Part shown: piece after piece, positions 50,546 through 63,162 of the stretch
How the letters are laid out: each line of letters starts with the position of its first letter
How positions within the stretch are numbered: position 1 is the first letter of the stretch
NCBI GenBank assembly: GCA_010909165.1
Contig: MU008154.1
Coordinates: 682,001 to 746,000, forward strand
Reading direction: 5' to 3'
DNA from: Anthoceros angustus
Lineage: Eukaryota > Plantae > Anthocerotophyta
Length of the DNA stretch: 64,000 nt
The notes under the pieces: model-generated
Told to the model about the DNA's origin: nothing
The model's database searches: none
The model's input: only the letters and a program-made list of their open reading frames with translations
Position numbers and translations under genes: made by a program

Positions 50546-51512
50546 ATGAATTCCTCGCGACCAAGCAATAATTATGAGTTGCTCGAGGACCTAAGACAAC
50601 GTTGTGGTCATCTAAGTCTTGACTTGATCAAGCTCAATAAAAGAATGTGGATGACTTGATCAAGCTTAAGGCAAAGGCCACGGTCACCACATGCAAACCG
50701 CTGCTAAGGAAGGCAAATTGAGTCTTGATGACTTGATCAAGCTCAATAAAAGAATAAGCATGACTTGATCAAGCTTAAGGCAAAGGACCACGGTGGCGGT
50801 CACCATATGTATGGAACCGTTGCCGCTAAGGCAAATTGAGTCTTGATGACTTGATCAAGCTCAATAAAAGAAAGCAAGGCGTGGCGGTGCTCGTCATCCA
50901 ATGCGGGGAAGCTGTTGCCAAGGCGAGAGGTTCTCGAGGCTCGGAGGTGTTGACACACGACTTACGAGATAAGTAGCAAGACAGCGCACCCTACTTAACC
51001 TCCAAGGTTTGTAACTACACACTTTGGTGTGTGTTAGATGCTTAAGTACTTAGTGGAACTTGTGCATATTTAGTGTTACTTGTGCCCTAGCTTGTCGATA
51101 TATGATTGCGGTTTTGAACTTCAATTTTACATTTGATTTTTGTTGTGATCTTGTCTCACAGTTTAAGTTGAAGTCTCTAACTTTGTGATACTTGAGCCCC
51201 GACTTTGTTGCAACCCTAACGGATTGTGGTTCTCTTCGCGGTAAAGCTCGAACCACTAAGCCAAACAACCACTTGGATCTTGATGGCAAACCAATGACCA
51301 TTGAGGCAATTGATATGCGAATGATAATACAAGCAAAACCAACGACCCCAAATGGGAGTGTGACATGTTATAGGAAGAGGAGGTAGCCGACCTCCGCCAT
51401 AGTCAAAAGTGCAGAGGTCTTGGATGCGGAGCTAGATGTGTACCATGGTCAAGTGATGCGAGATTGCATATCGCAAGACTTCATGTTAGCACAATTTAGT
51501 ATGCAAATTTAA
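50546..51512 (+). CDS. ALY/REF-derived gene, copy E (in the inverted arm); a further exon-2 fragment lies at ~52411-52645 on minus
   Basis: Reverse complement of copies B-D. Confidence 0.7.
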
Positions 51513-52649
51513 AGGTGGAAACAAGAAGGGCCCGATATGTATGTAATATGGTTGTATGTTTCTTTGTTGTTGCAAAGAATAGCATACATAAATAATTAAA
51601 TAAATAATTTTATTTACTATGCTAGTGAAAAATAATCACTATACTAAACATGTATACATACAATACCTAGAGGTGAAGAAGTTTCATAGTTTTCTAAATA
51701 CAATTAATAACTGTAAGAAGGAAGAAGAAGAAGAAGAAGAAGATGATGAAGAAGAAGAAGAAGAAGAGGAGGAGGAAGAAGAAGAACAAGAAGATGAAGA
51801 GGAAGAAGAAGAAGAAGAACAACAACAACAACAACAAGATGAAGAAGAAACTTGTTCAAGTCCACTAAAGACGGATCTTCGTCATAGGATTGAAATATGG
51901 CAACTACATAGATTGCGGTAAAATGGTCTAGACGAATGCAAAGGTAAAATTCAAACAAGACAAATAATCTTCAATCAATCAATAATGTTAATGAAATGCA
52001 TGAGAGGGCTAAACACCACAAATTCATCCCCATGAAAGAAAGCTTGACTTGCAAGAGCAGCTCAAAAGTGTAACTTCTCCTTCTTAATCTTCCATTGCAA
52101 TGGTGTAAGATTGATATATAACGAGTCGTAACATAGACCTAGCCTTCATAACTGGAGGCGATCATCCATGGAGTGAAAAGTCATAATCAATATGCGGTGC
52201 CGGCTCCTTTCGCAAGGCTCGAGCAAGCGTACATCGACCTCTAGCCTATTGAGAAACTCCTCCACAAGTGGTGCAACAATGTCATTACCAAGACCATAAA
52301 TTTCAAGTTCAATGCACGGCAGCACCGTCGCCTTCGATATTGTGTTACCACCGTGACAAGAAGGAGCAGGGGGATCGATATCATTAACTCCATGGGTTTC
52401 CACTTGCAGCCTAAATTGTGCTAACATGAAGTCTTGCGATGCAATCTGCATCACTTGACCATGGTACACATCTAGCTCGCATCCAAGACCTCCTTTGACT
52501 ATGGCGGAGGTGGTGGCTACCTCCTCTTCCTATAACATGTGCCGCCACACTCCCATTTGGGGGTCATTGGTTTGCCGCTTGTATTATCATTCGCATATCA
52601 ATTGCCTCAATGGTCATTGGTTTGCCATCAAGATCCAAGTGGTTGTGGA

Positions 52650-53228
52650 ATGGCATTGGCACGCGGGGTGCCTTTGATGACATGTTTCCGGCATGTCGGG
52701 GGGAATAAAATGTTTGTATTTTTAAATGGGCTAACCCAGTGTGGGAACTAACTCACTTCCTTTCTAAGCGGTTGATCTGTGTTTAGCATATGTATATCAG
52801 ACGCTTTAAATAAACATCGAATACGGTTGATGAACTAGAGGAAGAAGTTGATGAAGCATCGCACTAAAGCTCCAATTGTCCCTCGAAATACATATTACTA
52901 TGCATTGTGGGATGGATCAAGAAGACGGAGTTGCCGCATATTTTGAGATGGCCAAGGACTCAAGGAGGATCGCATAGCGATCCAAGTGGTGGCATGGTAC
53001 ATAATTATACTTTGAAAGCCGGTGTACGCACTTTGGTCGAGGAATGATGCAAACTTGACTATTGCTATTATTCGTGACGTTATCCACACGTATAATGGGT
53101 TCCTTCCAAAATTTATATTTGCAATGGATAACACATGCCGAGAATAAGAACGATTGCTTTTGCGTACCTCAATATGCTTGTTGAGGTGGGCACCTTTGAA
53201 AAGGTGAAGGTCGGTTCTCGTAGGGCAT
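52650..53228 (+). pseudogene. Sola-like DDD transposase core fragment, cut by the gypsy insertion at 53229
   Basis: Across frameshifts: [D]GMDQ.KTELPH (~52910-52940), DANLTIAII, LYLQMDNTCRE[N]KN, AYLNMLVEVGTFEKVKVGF..VGH. Confidence 0.7.
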
Positions 53229-56200
53229 TGTGATTCGGACTTCTGGGGGTTAGAAATTAGGTAGGGCTTTGTTTTTTGTAGGAGTAAAGGATAAATGGCG
53301 GAAAAGGGAAATAAGCATGGGCACTCGGACGGCACTGGAGTATACTCCGGACTCCGGAGTGAGGAAGCGTACAGGGACCTACTATGGTAGGCGCCACGAT
53401 GCGGATAAGTCCGACCCACTCCAAGACCGAGGCGGGATAAATGCAGAAAATGCTGAGAGTTGGGCCGTGGGAGGCGGACCGGGCGCCGCCACGTGGGCAA
53501 CTCAGGTGGAAGCAGCATCTGTGGCGGGGAAGTAACCTTGCCGAGGCCGTTATGGCGGTATTCACGCCGCGGACCGCGCGGCACAGAAGACCGAGTACGC
53601 GCAAGGCTGAGGGCGCGGGACGTAATAAGCCGCGCACTGCGCGCTACGGATGTGTGGAAGAGGCGCCCGCCTGCCGTTACTCCCACGAGCGGGCGGGGAA
53701 GGTCACGCAGCCGAGACACCGCGATCTCGCCCGCACCGCTCGGGCGGTATCTCGTGGACACAGACGCTCGCTCACCGCTGAGGTCGGAGCACAACGCGAA
53801 GAAGGCGCAACGTGCTGCCAGCCCGGCTGCGCCATGCAACCAAGGGAGGAGAAGGCGATGGCACCCAAAAGCCCGCGAAGTTTGGGAGCCATGGAACCTT
53901 GTGGAGCGCAACATTGTGACCCGCGCTATCCGGACTTTGGGCCTGGCTCCGAGCGGGAGAATTGGTGCAGGAGTGGCATTTGGATGTGTTCCGGATAGTG
54001 CGGACATTTGTGTCTCTGGTCGGGAGTTCGCCCAAGATGCCGGGCGGTCAATAAGGAGGTGCGGTCCAAGAACCTCCGGAGGACCCAAGGCGATGGACCT
54101 TGAGGTCCCGAGGCGGCCTACAACCGCCCAAAGGAGGAAGAGGGGAGGGTGCCGAGCCCCTCAAGGCGGGGAAGATAGGGCCCGGCCACAGCGATGCTAA
54201 GGCTCGACGCAACGACCACCAACGGTTGGTCGATATCCGACTGTTGGACGGTCGAGTAAGGGCGGTGGCGGATCATTGTCCATCGAACCTACTCACCAAG
54301 GTGGATCACCTTGGTGATAATCTGATAGTATTCACCTTGCGGCCGGGAAGAAGGCGGTGAGGAAGGATTATCTTCGCCGGTTTAGCGAGGCTTAGCTCGG
54401 CCGAAGCCTTAGCCATCAATACGATCCATGTATGGGGGCATTTCGAGCTCCTCAAGGAAGGAGAGCTTGAGCGAGCCCGAAAGGACCGAGGCCCCGCCAA
54501 GTGGAGGGCAAGGGCGCCGAGGGGAGGAGGCCGTCAAAGCCAAACGGACTCGGAGGAGGACGATCGAGGATTCCTGACTCCATACGTCTGAACGGACCCC
54601 TCACCACCTGTGGAAGTATGGAAGAAATTCCCCGCCTCCCTCCTTCCGTGCCCCAACCAGCAGCCCAGAAGCGGCCCCGACCCCAGCAGCCGCCACGGCC
54701 ATCACTCCTACCGAGGAGCCCCACGACTGTGAGGGAGCCAAGAGACGCAAGACCACGGCTGGCGGCACCCGGTCGGTGCAGTTTCCCCCTTGCAGGTGAG
54801 GCGGAGGAAGCGGAGGACCCAAGGCGATGGACCTTGAGGTCCCGAGGCGGAGGACAGCGCAGCCACGAGCAGTCACATCGCCCGGCGGAAGGGCAAAAGG
54901 CTTGCTCCCGACTCTCACCTCCTCCGAGCCCTGTGGAGGAAAAGGGCGAGAAGGAGCTCGCGCCAAAAGGGCCAAGGAGGAAGCTCGGGCTCGGCCTCGG
55001 GGACCTAAGGGTCCCGATTAGGTCCGAGAACCCACCGACTTACTCAGGGTATGGAGGTCCTTGCGGACCGTGAGATCACGGCTCCACTACGGACTTTGTG
55101 GGAGCCTCACGTGACGTGGAAGAAACAGGGTCAGCTACCGTCATGGGCGGTATGCTCACAGTCTGCGGGATGGCCGAGAAGACCTGGAGGTAGAAGCCAC
55201 CCGCATGGTACTCCTCCGAGGCGGTTGGAGGAGCCCAGAGGCGAGAAGGAAGGCCAAGCCTCGGCCGATTGAGGAAGGCGGAGGCGAGAGGGAGGTCCGT
55301 CCATCCGCAAGGACCGGACCAAATTCCATTGGAGGAGCCCAGAGGCGAGAAGGAAGGCCAAGGAGGCGGAGGACCTCTGCAGGCGGAGGCGGAGGCGAGA
55401 AGGAGCTCGCGCCAAAAGGGCCAAGGAGGCGGAGGCGGAGGCGGCCGAGAGCCACGCCAATCAAGGCCGAGCAAGTGGAGGCTCGGTGAAGGTGGCCAAG
55501 GAGGCGGAGGCCACGGCCGATCGCGATCACTATCGGCGTGATCGGGCCGGTGGAGGGAGGCGGCCGAGAGCCACGCCAATCAAGGCCGAGCAGTGGCAAG
55601 AAGCGGAGGAAGAAGAAGGAGGAGGAGGCCGGAAATCGGGGACCTCGGTGCAGTGCAGAGGTAGAAGGGAGGCGGCAGGAGTTGGAGGACAGTAAGGACA
55701 CCTTGGAATTACAACTCCAAGATGCGTCGGAGCAGCAAGGAATTCTCAATGGGAGAATCCAGGACTTCGAGCAGGAGATAGAGCGCCTCCAGCTCTGCCT
55801 GAAGATGGAGCAGGAGGTGGCGGAGCAAGCGCGGACCAACCAGGCCCAAGAAGCTCGCCACAAGGAGGTAGAGGATCTCCGGACTCAGCTCCGGGAGGTG
55901 GAGCAGCAGCGGCAGGAGATGGAGGACCGCAAGGAGACTTTGGAGCTGCAGCTCCAAACTATCATTGAGAGGAATGGTAGTCTGCAGGACATGGTCGCGG
56001 AGCAGGCGAAATAAAGCTCCATTGGCGCGGAGTCGGAGGCGATGGAGCAGGGGAGGCGTCGAGATGGAAAAGGGCACAGGTGAAGCCCGCGATCAGCGTG
56101 TTGCCGCTCGGAGGCGGGAGATGGCGGAGTTAACGGGAATGGACAAGGAGGCGGAGGAGGACAAGAAGCTGCGGTCGGTGAGGAAGTCGGAAGGGGAGCA

Positions 56201-57694
56201 GCTGCTATGGCGGGCAAGGCGCGGAGCAGGCGGAGGAGTTGGAGCAAGTGGAGCAGCGGCGGGAGGTGAGGCGACCTGGCAGCCTCGCGGCAACCCGGCT
56301 CGGCTATCAACAGCGGGAGGTGGAGCAACAAGCGGGGCTCGGCTCCGGGCATCTATGGCGAAGAGTATCGGTGCTCCGGCACGTGGAAGAGGCAATCCAG
56401 AAGTGGATTCGGACTTTGCCTATTACCACGAGCTCAGGAGAGGCCTCTCGGCCACGCATAGGCGGACCTGGAAGGCTCGGAGGAAGAAGGGCACGAGAGA
56501 CAGGACCCTAGGGGCCTGCTTGGAGACGACAAGGAGGGAGCCCAAGAGGAGCGGGACGCAGGACCCCAAGGTAAGTTCACCACCACCCGATCCGGAGGGG
56601 GGTGAGGGGCAGTGCAGAGAGCCAACCCACCAAGACAAGGGTCGGGGTAAGGAGGAGGACCTAGCATCTGAGGTCCACAGGAAGTCCGGAGTTGGAGATC
56701 GGACCCGAGGTCCGGACTCGAGGTCCGGACTCGAGGTCCGGACTCGAGGTCCGGACTCGAGGTCCGGACCTTGGAGTTCGGGGCTCGGGTCGACCGGACT
56801 CGAGGTCGGGACTCCCGATGAGGAGCCCCTTCGACTTCGCTAGGGGAGCGGTGGCCGGAGGACCCAGGAGGCCGAGGGGAGGATGACGTTGTGTAGCGCG
56901 TTGTCGAGCCGCCACCGGTAACTGGGATTCGGGAAAGGAGGGGTCCGCCTCGCGGATCATCCGATTAGGCGCCTTGTGTCGGGAGATTGGACCACCAATC
57001 CCAAGGCGGAACCCGGACCTTCCATTACCGTGGCGAAGGAGATAGGAGGAAGAGGATGGTAGGCGGCCGATTAGGGCATCTTGGTGGCCGTCGGCTCGGA
57101 ATAGGGGTGTAATAAAGACGCCGACCGGCGTAGTATAAGAGGGCCGGGCTGCCACAGATAAATCATCTTTCTTGGTGTTGATGCGTTCTTGCGCACCTTG
57201 TGTGTCTTCCTAACGTGAGTCCCGAGTCACCGAAAGGTGCACGGCCCGGAGGGATTGATCGTGGTCCCGTGACGGACCTAACGTGTTGTGGTGTGTGCGG
57301 GGAAGGGTGGCGGGGACCCGTGCTCGTCGAGCGCGACCGAGCGGAGCGTGTGAGCCGGAGGGACTCGGAGGCGTCTCGGCGCCGGACGAGAGGCCCGGTG
57401 GAGCAGCGGAGGAGGTCCGACTGTAACCCGCGCCTTCTAAGACCGATAAGTGTAGTGAGAGAGGAGGACGAGAGGTGTGAGAGACGGAGCAGGCACTGAC
57501 AGGTCCTTAAACGCTTGGCCATACCGGCTGTGCGGTGTTGTTGCGAGTAGTTACGTGAACTAAGGGTGTGCGTTAGGGCGGTGGACGTAAAGTAAAGGCG
57601 AGAAAGCGCTGAAGCAGCCTATCATTCCTTTGGGAACGGACTTCTTCCTACAACGACACGGATTGTCGCGGTGGCCGTCGGTAGTCGCGCCACA
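53229..57694 (+). repeat. 5' LTR (~4.47 kb), with a 13-bp tandem repeat gaggtccggactc at ~56706-56810 and a putative TATA (tataaga, 57134-57140)
   Basis: Start defined by homology to 63163; end defined by CA plus PBS and the terminal inverted repeat (tgtggactacggac vs gtcggtagtcgcgccaca). Confidence 0.8.
53858..56670 (+). CDS. LTR(U3)-encoded accessory protein, frameshifted: Pro-rich middle and long coiled coil
   Basis: MAPK..EVWEPWNLVERNIVTRAIRTLGLAP is shared by both LTRs; 55600-56400 gives RQELEDSKDTLELQLQ / RQEMEDRKETLELQLQ heptad repeats. Confidence 0.6.
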
Positions 57695-57859
57695 TTTTGG
57701 CCGTTCTTGGAATGAAATCGTTCCGTAGCGTGGATGCGTGGAGGACGGAGGTAGTTAAGGGCAATTCGAGAGAGGACGTTGTGACCGGCGCTCGCACGAG
57801 CCGCGTGAGAGACGACGAGCTCGAGGCGAGACACGATAGCGGTGGTGGGTTGTCGGATC

Positions 57860-60800
57860 GAGAGGAGGACGCAGACCAAGTCAGCGGCGGTTCCTCATCC
57901 CTTGATCGCGATGGCAACAACGCCGACCAAGCAAGCGATTCTCTTTGGAGGTAAGAAGGAGAGGCCGAAACCTTCGTGGAGGATTTCGTGTCACGGGCAA
58001 ACTTCAACGGAGAAGGTTCGGATCGCGACTCATTCATTGTTCCAAGGTGTCTAGGGGCGGCTCGGTGGTACCGGAGGAAATACCACCGCCTCGAGCACCC
58101 CACCGCAAACTTGAGCATTGAAGGATGCCTTCAGAAAGATTCCATGAATCGATCAAGAAGGCTACGCCTTGTCCAAACTCGAGAACAAGCGAGGAAAGAC
58201 GGAGAAGTTGGGATCGTACATCGAACGGTTCTACGCTACCGGGACCGGCACCCCACTCACACTACCATGCAGGCGGTACGTTGGTTCGGAGCTGGCTTAT
58301 CCAAGCCAATGGCTAAGCATGCTCGTTGGCGAAGAAAGATGTGAGCAAGGCGGTCCGGGGCGAGAACTATGAAGAATCGATGCACCAACGACGGCCGAGG
58401 ACTCCTCCGGAGGAAAGAAGAAAAAGAAGCGGGGTCGGACTCGAAGATGAAGAACCCTGACGAGGAGGATGATGAGACCGAGGCACGGAGGAAGAGGAAG
58501 AGGACTCAAGAAGAATCCGAGGTCATGGAAGAAGAAGAACCCGCCAAAAAATAAAGAAGAAGCCCGTAGTCGCGGAGGGTGGAAAAGAAGGAGGTCATGA
58601 TGCCGCACGTGCAGGTCCACCAGCTCCTTTTGAAGGAAGTAGCGGGCCGAGGGAAGATCTAGAGCGGGTAATGAAGAGGGTGGAGGAGTTGACGATCAAC
58701 CGTGAAGGATAAAGAACGGTAAGGTGGCCACCACGGTCCGACTCATTTGTGGTGTGCGGTGTGTCACCAACATGGGCATTCAAGGCCAACCGCCTCCGCC
58801 CGTGAACCGTGTGGAGTATGACTACGGGAAGAGTCAGGAAAGTGGGAGGATGCATACCAAGTGCAAGAAGCAGGACCACGGTATCCCGACGATGTACCCC
58901 ATGCAGCTGGTCCGTCTGCATCGACCTCCGATGCAAAGACCGCATGGGAGCCCTCCAGAATTCTCGGCGGTGGTGCACTGTGGAACCCGGGCACTACTCC
59001 AACGCCCATACCCCACCGCAAGGTAACGGGACTTTGAACGCCTGTGGAGATGGCGGGGGCACATGGCGGGTACCTTGTGTCGAAACCTCGCTCGGACGGT
59101 GCGCTCGCCACCCGGCGAGAGCCCCGCCTCGCCTCCCTCCTAAGGCGGCGCATGCAAATTGAAGACGACAACCGGGCGGAGGGGAGGAGGCACCGAGGAG
59201 CTCGAACGAGGTGGTACGGGCAAGTTCGCCAAGGAGAAGAAGGCGGACACAGTCTTGGAAGTGTCAACCCGAGTCGCCGAGAAAAGGAAGGAAGAGGCAG
59301 TTTAAGAGGAAGAAAAATGGGGATAGTCCCACGGATACGGAGGACGGAACACCTGCGAAGGAAGCCGAACCCGCCAAAGAGGACGAGTTAAACCGGGCAG
59401 CTCTGCCAGAAGAAGAAACCTCCCAAAAGCCACCGGGAGTCTCCGGAGAAGCGGACTCACCTACGGCAACGCCGCAGTTTCCACCGGATGTGGTCCGAGA
59501 AGTGACCGAGATGCTTCAGGAAGAACTCCGACAGGACCCAGAAGTGGTCCGACCACCACAGCGCAGTGGCCAAACGCTGGAGGAGTCAAGGCGGTGGCGC
59601 GGCAGGAGAACCACCCGCCCTTTCAAGGTGGCCGACTTGATGATGGACCAACAACACTTGGTGTCCCTTAGTTGTTAAAAGACAACCAGTATCGGCGAAG
59701 TCCGGCCATCGAGCACAACCACGCCGGAACTCCTTGGTGGGAAGCAAACGTGGAGGTAAGGGTCGATCTCATACGGACCACAGGCGCCGATGGTGCGGTG
59801 GAAATTGCGGGTGTGTAATTAAAACGTGCCTCTAGACACGGGTCGAGTGAACCTCATCACCGAGGCCACCGCAAGGCAGGGGGGTTCACCACCTTCGAGC
59901 CATCCACCAAAACCCTCGTGATGGCGGACATGTCGCGGCGCCCGGGAGTTGTCCGAGTCCAAGCCACCATAGCGGAGCCCCTATACATTAGATTTCGTCA
60001 TCGGACCGGGACCTCCAGGGTATGAGGTCCTTAGACCTTGGCTGAGCCTCGCTCGAGACAAAACTACACTTGGACGGAAGGAAATACACTTCAAGCCGTG
60101 GACTGGGATCCAAGGTGAGGGAAGGACGGTAGCGATTACAGGTAAGGACACATCTGTGGTGGCACCGGCCTGCGAGGGTACACCTCCGCAGAAAAGTGGG
60201 GACGATGAGCGCGAGGATACGAATGAGGACTACCCTTTCCCAAAATCACGTGGTCAAGAAGAAATGGACTATCGAGGGACACCTTTGGAGCGGAGGTGAT
60301 CATTGCTTAGTGGAAGTCGCGGGACGAATAACAAGAGGGGAATCCATGAGGAGGACCAAGAAGTAACTGCACCTCGGACGAACTCTTCCGAGAATGGGGA
60401 ATGCGTGAAGATGAACCTGGTGAGGATGATGGCTTGGAGTGAGCGGCGAGGAAAGAGAGACAACCCGACGATGTGGAAGGCGATGTGGAGGTTCGCCAGG
60501 AAATTCCTAAAATTCGCAAGGGTATGCCATCGAGTTAAACAAGACCTCACCATTGTTGGGGAATTCAGGTGTTGCTTTCAAGGTCACGGACATGAAGGGC
60601 ATTCAAACAAGGCGAACACCGGATAGATTCGAAGCCGTGAGCGGTGCCTGCTCGGATTAGGCAAGATAAATCAATCCCAAGCACTCGCCAAGGTCAAGGA
60701 AGTCCCGGATAAGTATCCGAAGCGTACATCATCTTCCCAATCGTGAATAAAGGAGTGGGTGGCGCCCATTGTGGTCGTGCCGAAGAAGCGGCGGGGCGGG

Positions 60801-63126
60801 TCTCAGAGAGAAAGCTTAACGCCGCCACGAAAAGGACCATTTCCCATGCCCTTTGTGGGCGACATCTCTTGGACAAGGTGGCGGGCGGAGTACCTACTCC
60901 TTCTTGGGCGGCTACTCGGCTACAACCATTACACCTAAGGGTCGGTGGGATAAGACAACATTCACCACGGAGTGGGGACGCTTGCCTACAAACGGAGTGC
61001 CTTCGGATGACAGAGCACCCGGATCATTTATGCGGATGGTGACCAATGTCTTCCGGAATTCCCGAGGGACTTCATGGAGGTGTTCTTGGGCGACTTACAT
61101 GCGAGAGGAGGACAAACACGTGGACATTTGCGGAAGTGTTTGGAACGATGTAGGAGACTCAACTGCTCGCATCCCGAGAAATGCTACTGCATGACAGAGG
61201 GAATCTTGTTGGGGCTGTCGGCAAGAGGGATAGAGGTGGACCAAGACAAGGTGAAAGTCATCCGATCCCTGCGGCCCGAACTTGAAGGAGTTACGGGATT
61301 CCCGGCATGGTGGGTTACTATAGGCGCATACAAGATTTTGCAAAGAGGGCCTCCAGCTAGAGCTACTCAGAAGGAGGAGGAATGGACCGGACGCCGAGAG
61401 GAGGCGGCATTCAGACCTCCAGACCACTCAGTCGGTGCCCGTACTCAAGGACGGGGAGCGATTCCATGTGTGGATGTGTCAGCCATCGGGTAGTGCTCAC
61501 CAAAAGATGATAAACGGAGGGATCACCCAATCTACTACGCTGGAAGACAGCTCACGAACGCGGAACGGAGGTACACTACTACGGAGCGAGAGGCATTGGG
61601 AATGGTATACGCTAAGAAATTCGCACTACCTTCCCGCCCAATGAGTTTGTGTTCTATGTTGATCACTGCCAAGCACTTTGGTGAACAAGGCCGAGACTTG
61701 TCGGACGGTGCGAGGTGGATTCTGCTGTGGAGTTCACATTTGAGGTGGAGACTAGGCAAGGAAGCAACACCGGACTTCTTGTCCAGTTAAAGGCAGACAT
61801 CTGCGGATCGAGGAGGGCCTTCCGGATGAGGAATTGGTGGCGCGATAGAGGAGGATAGAGGAGGAGGACAAACCCTAAAAGGGGCAGCGGACCTGGCGAA
61901 GCGGAGAAGGGAGGCGGGCCGGGCGGCCCTCTTATGCGGAGAGCAGTACCTATGGGAGATGGAGCTACCAAGCGAACAGGTCAGTGGCGAGCCTTTGTGC
62001 ACTACGCCGCCTTTCTTGTATAACGGTTGCATCTTTAAGGTGGGGCCGGATGGCGTGGAACGAAGGTACCTCCAACAGGTGGTAATAAAGGGGATGCACG
62101 AAGGACTAGGTGGTGGACATTATGCAGCGCAGGTCACCACCAAGAAAATCTTGGAGGCTGGGTACTGGTGGCCCACCATGTATGGGGAAACACACCAATT
62201 CGTGAAGAAGTGTGATGCTTGTCAGCGGATCGGGAAGCCGACTGCCACAACCCAATGGCCGTTAGTGCCCATACTAGCACTAGCGCCTTTTGAGAAGTGG
62301 GGCATCGACTTCGTTGGACCTATACAGCCAACGACGAGGCACACACAAAAGCGGTACATTTTGGTGGCAACGGACTACTGCACCAGGTGGGTGGAAGCAG
62401 TCGCTACTAGAACGGACTCTGCGAGCACGGTGGCCAAATTCCTCTACGAAAACATCATCACAAGGTACGGGTGTCCGTTGCAGCTAGTAAGCGATCGGGG
62501 AACCCATTTCCTCAATGATGTGATAACTGCAATGACGGACTATTTCGGCATCACACATCGTAAAACGGCCCCCTGTCCAAATAGCGGGTGGAGAAGACCA
62601 ATGGACTTATCCGCCGATCCTCAATAAGCGACGGTTAACTATGCGCACGATCGATACAAAGCCGCCATCGCGCTATGGGCGCTCGTAACGGCAGAAGGTA
62701 ACCACGCAACGAACTCCGAGACATTCGACCTATGGGCACTCACCCGTTATGCCGGTCGAGTTTGAGGTGCCAACACTCGGGTCATGATGGAAAGGCGCTT
62801 AACGGATGAAGAGAGCCAAGCTGGAGGCGGTTGCTAGGGTTTGTGCAAAGATACGGAGGACCGGAAGAGGCGCAATCTGAGTACGAATCAGCAAACTATG
62901 GCATGATAGGCGCCTTAGGAATCAGGAGTATGTGAAGGAGGGAGATCTGGCCCTCCTTTACGACAGCCGACATATGCACTTCCCGGGTAAACTCCACCTA
63001 CGATGGATGGGACCTTACCAAGTCGTACGGGTATACACCAATGGGTCCGTTCAGCTTCGGCAGTTGGATGGTGAATTGCTGCCCACTCGGGTGAACGGGT
63101 GGCGGGTGAAAAAGTACCACGCTTAG
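57860..63126 (+). pseudogene. gag-pol of the Athila-like element (heavily frameshifted)
   Basis: Protease NVPLDTG at ~59823-59843; RT EWVAPIVVVPKK, YSFLGGYS, DKTTFTTEWG; RNaseH YTTTEREALGMVYA; integrase H..GGH..CDACQ..WGIDFVGP..VSDRGTHF; WMGPY and RVNGWRVKKYHA-stop. Confidence 0.9.
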
Positions 63127-63162
63127 TGTTGGCGGAGACGCCAACAGGTGAGAAGGGGAGTA

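Larger units (their letters stand above)
27485..52400. repeat. Macrosatellite of ~4.2-kb units: ~27485-32480, ~37317-41517, ~41518-45682, ~45683-49792, plus a partial inverted copy ~49795-52400; 22565-27485 is also duplicated at 33207-37317
   Basis: The same ordered blocks (CTT tract, ALY-like exons, 35-bp minisatellite, ~68-bp repeats, A-rich tract) recur at 4.1-4.2 kb spacing. Confidence 0.9.

Noticed and set aside
52898-54088. 396-aa minus-strand ORF
   Set aside because: Crosses the transposase/LTR junction; a shadow frame of GC-rich LTR sequence.
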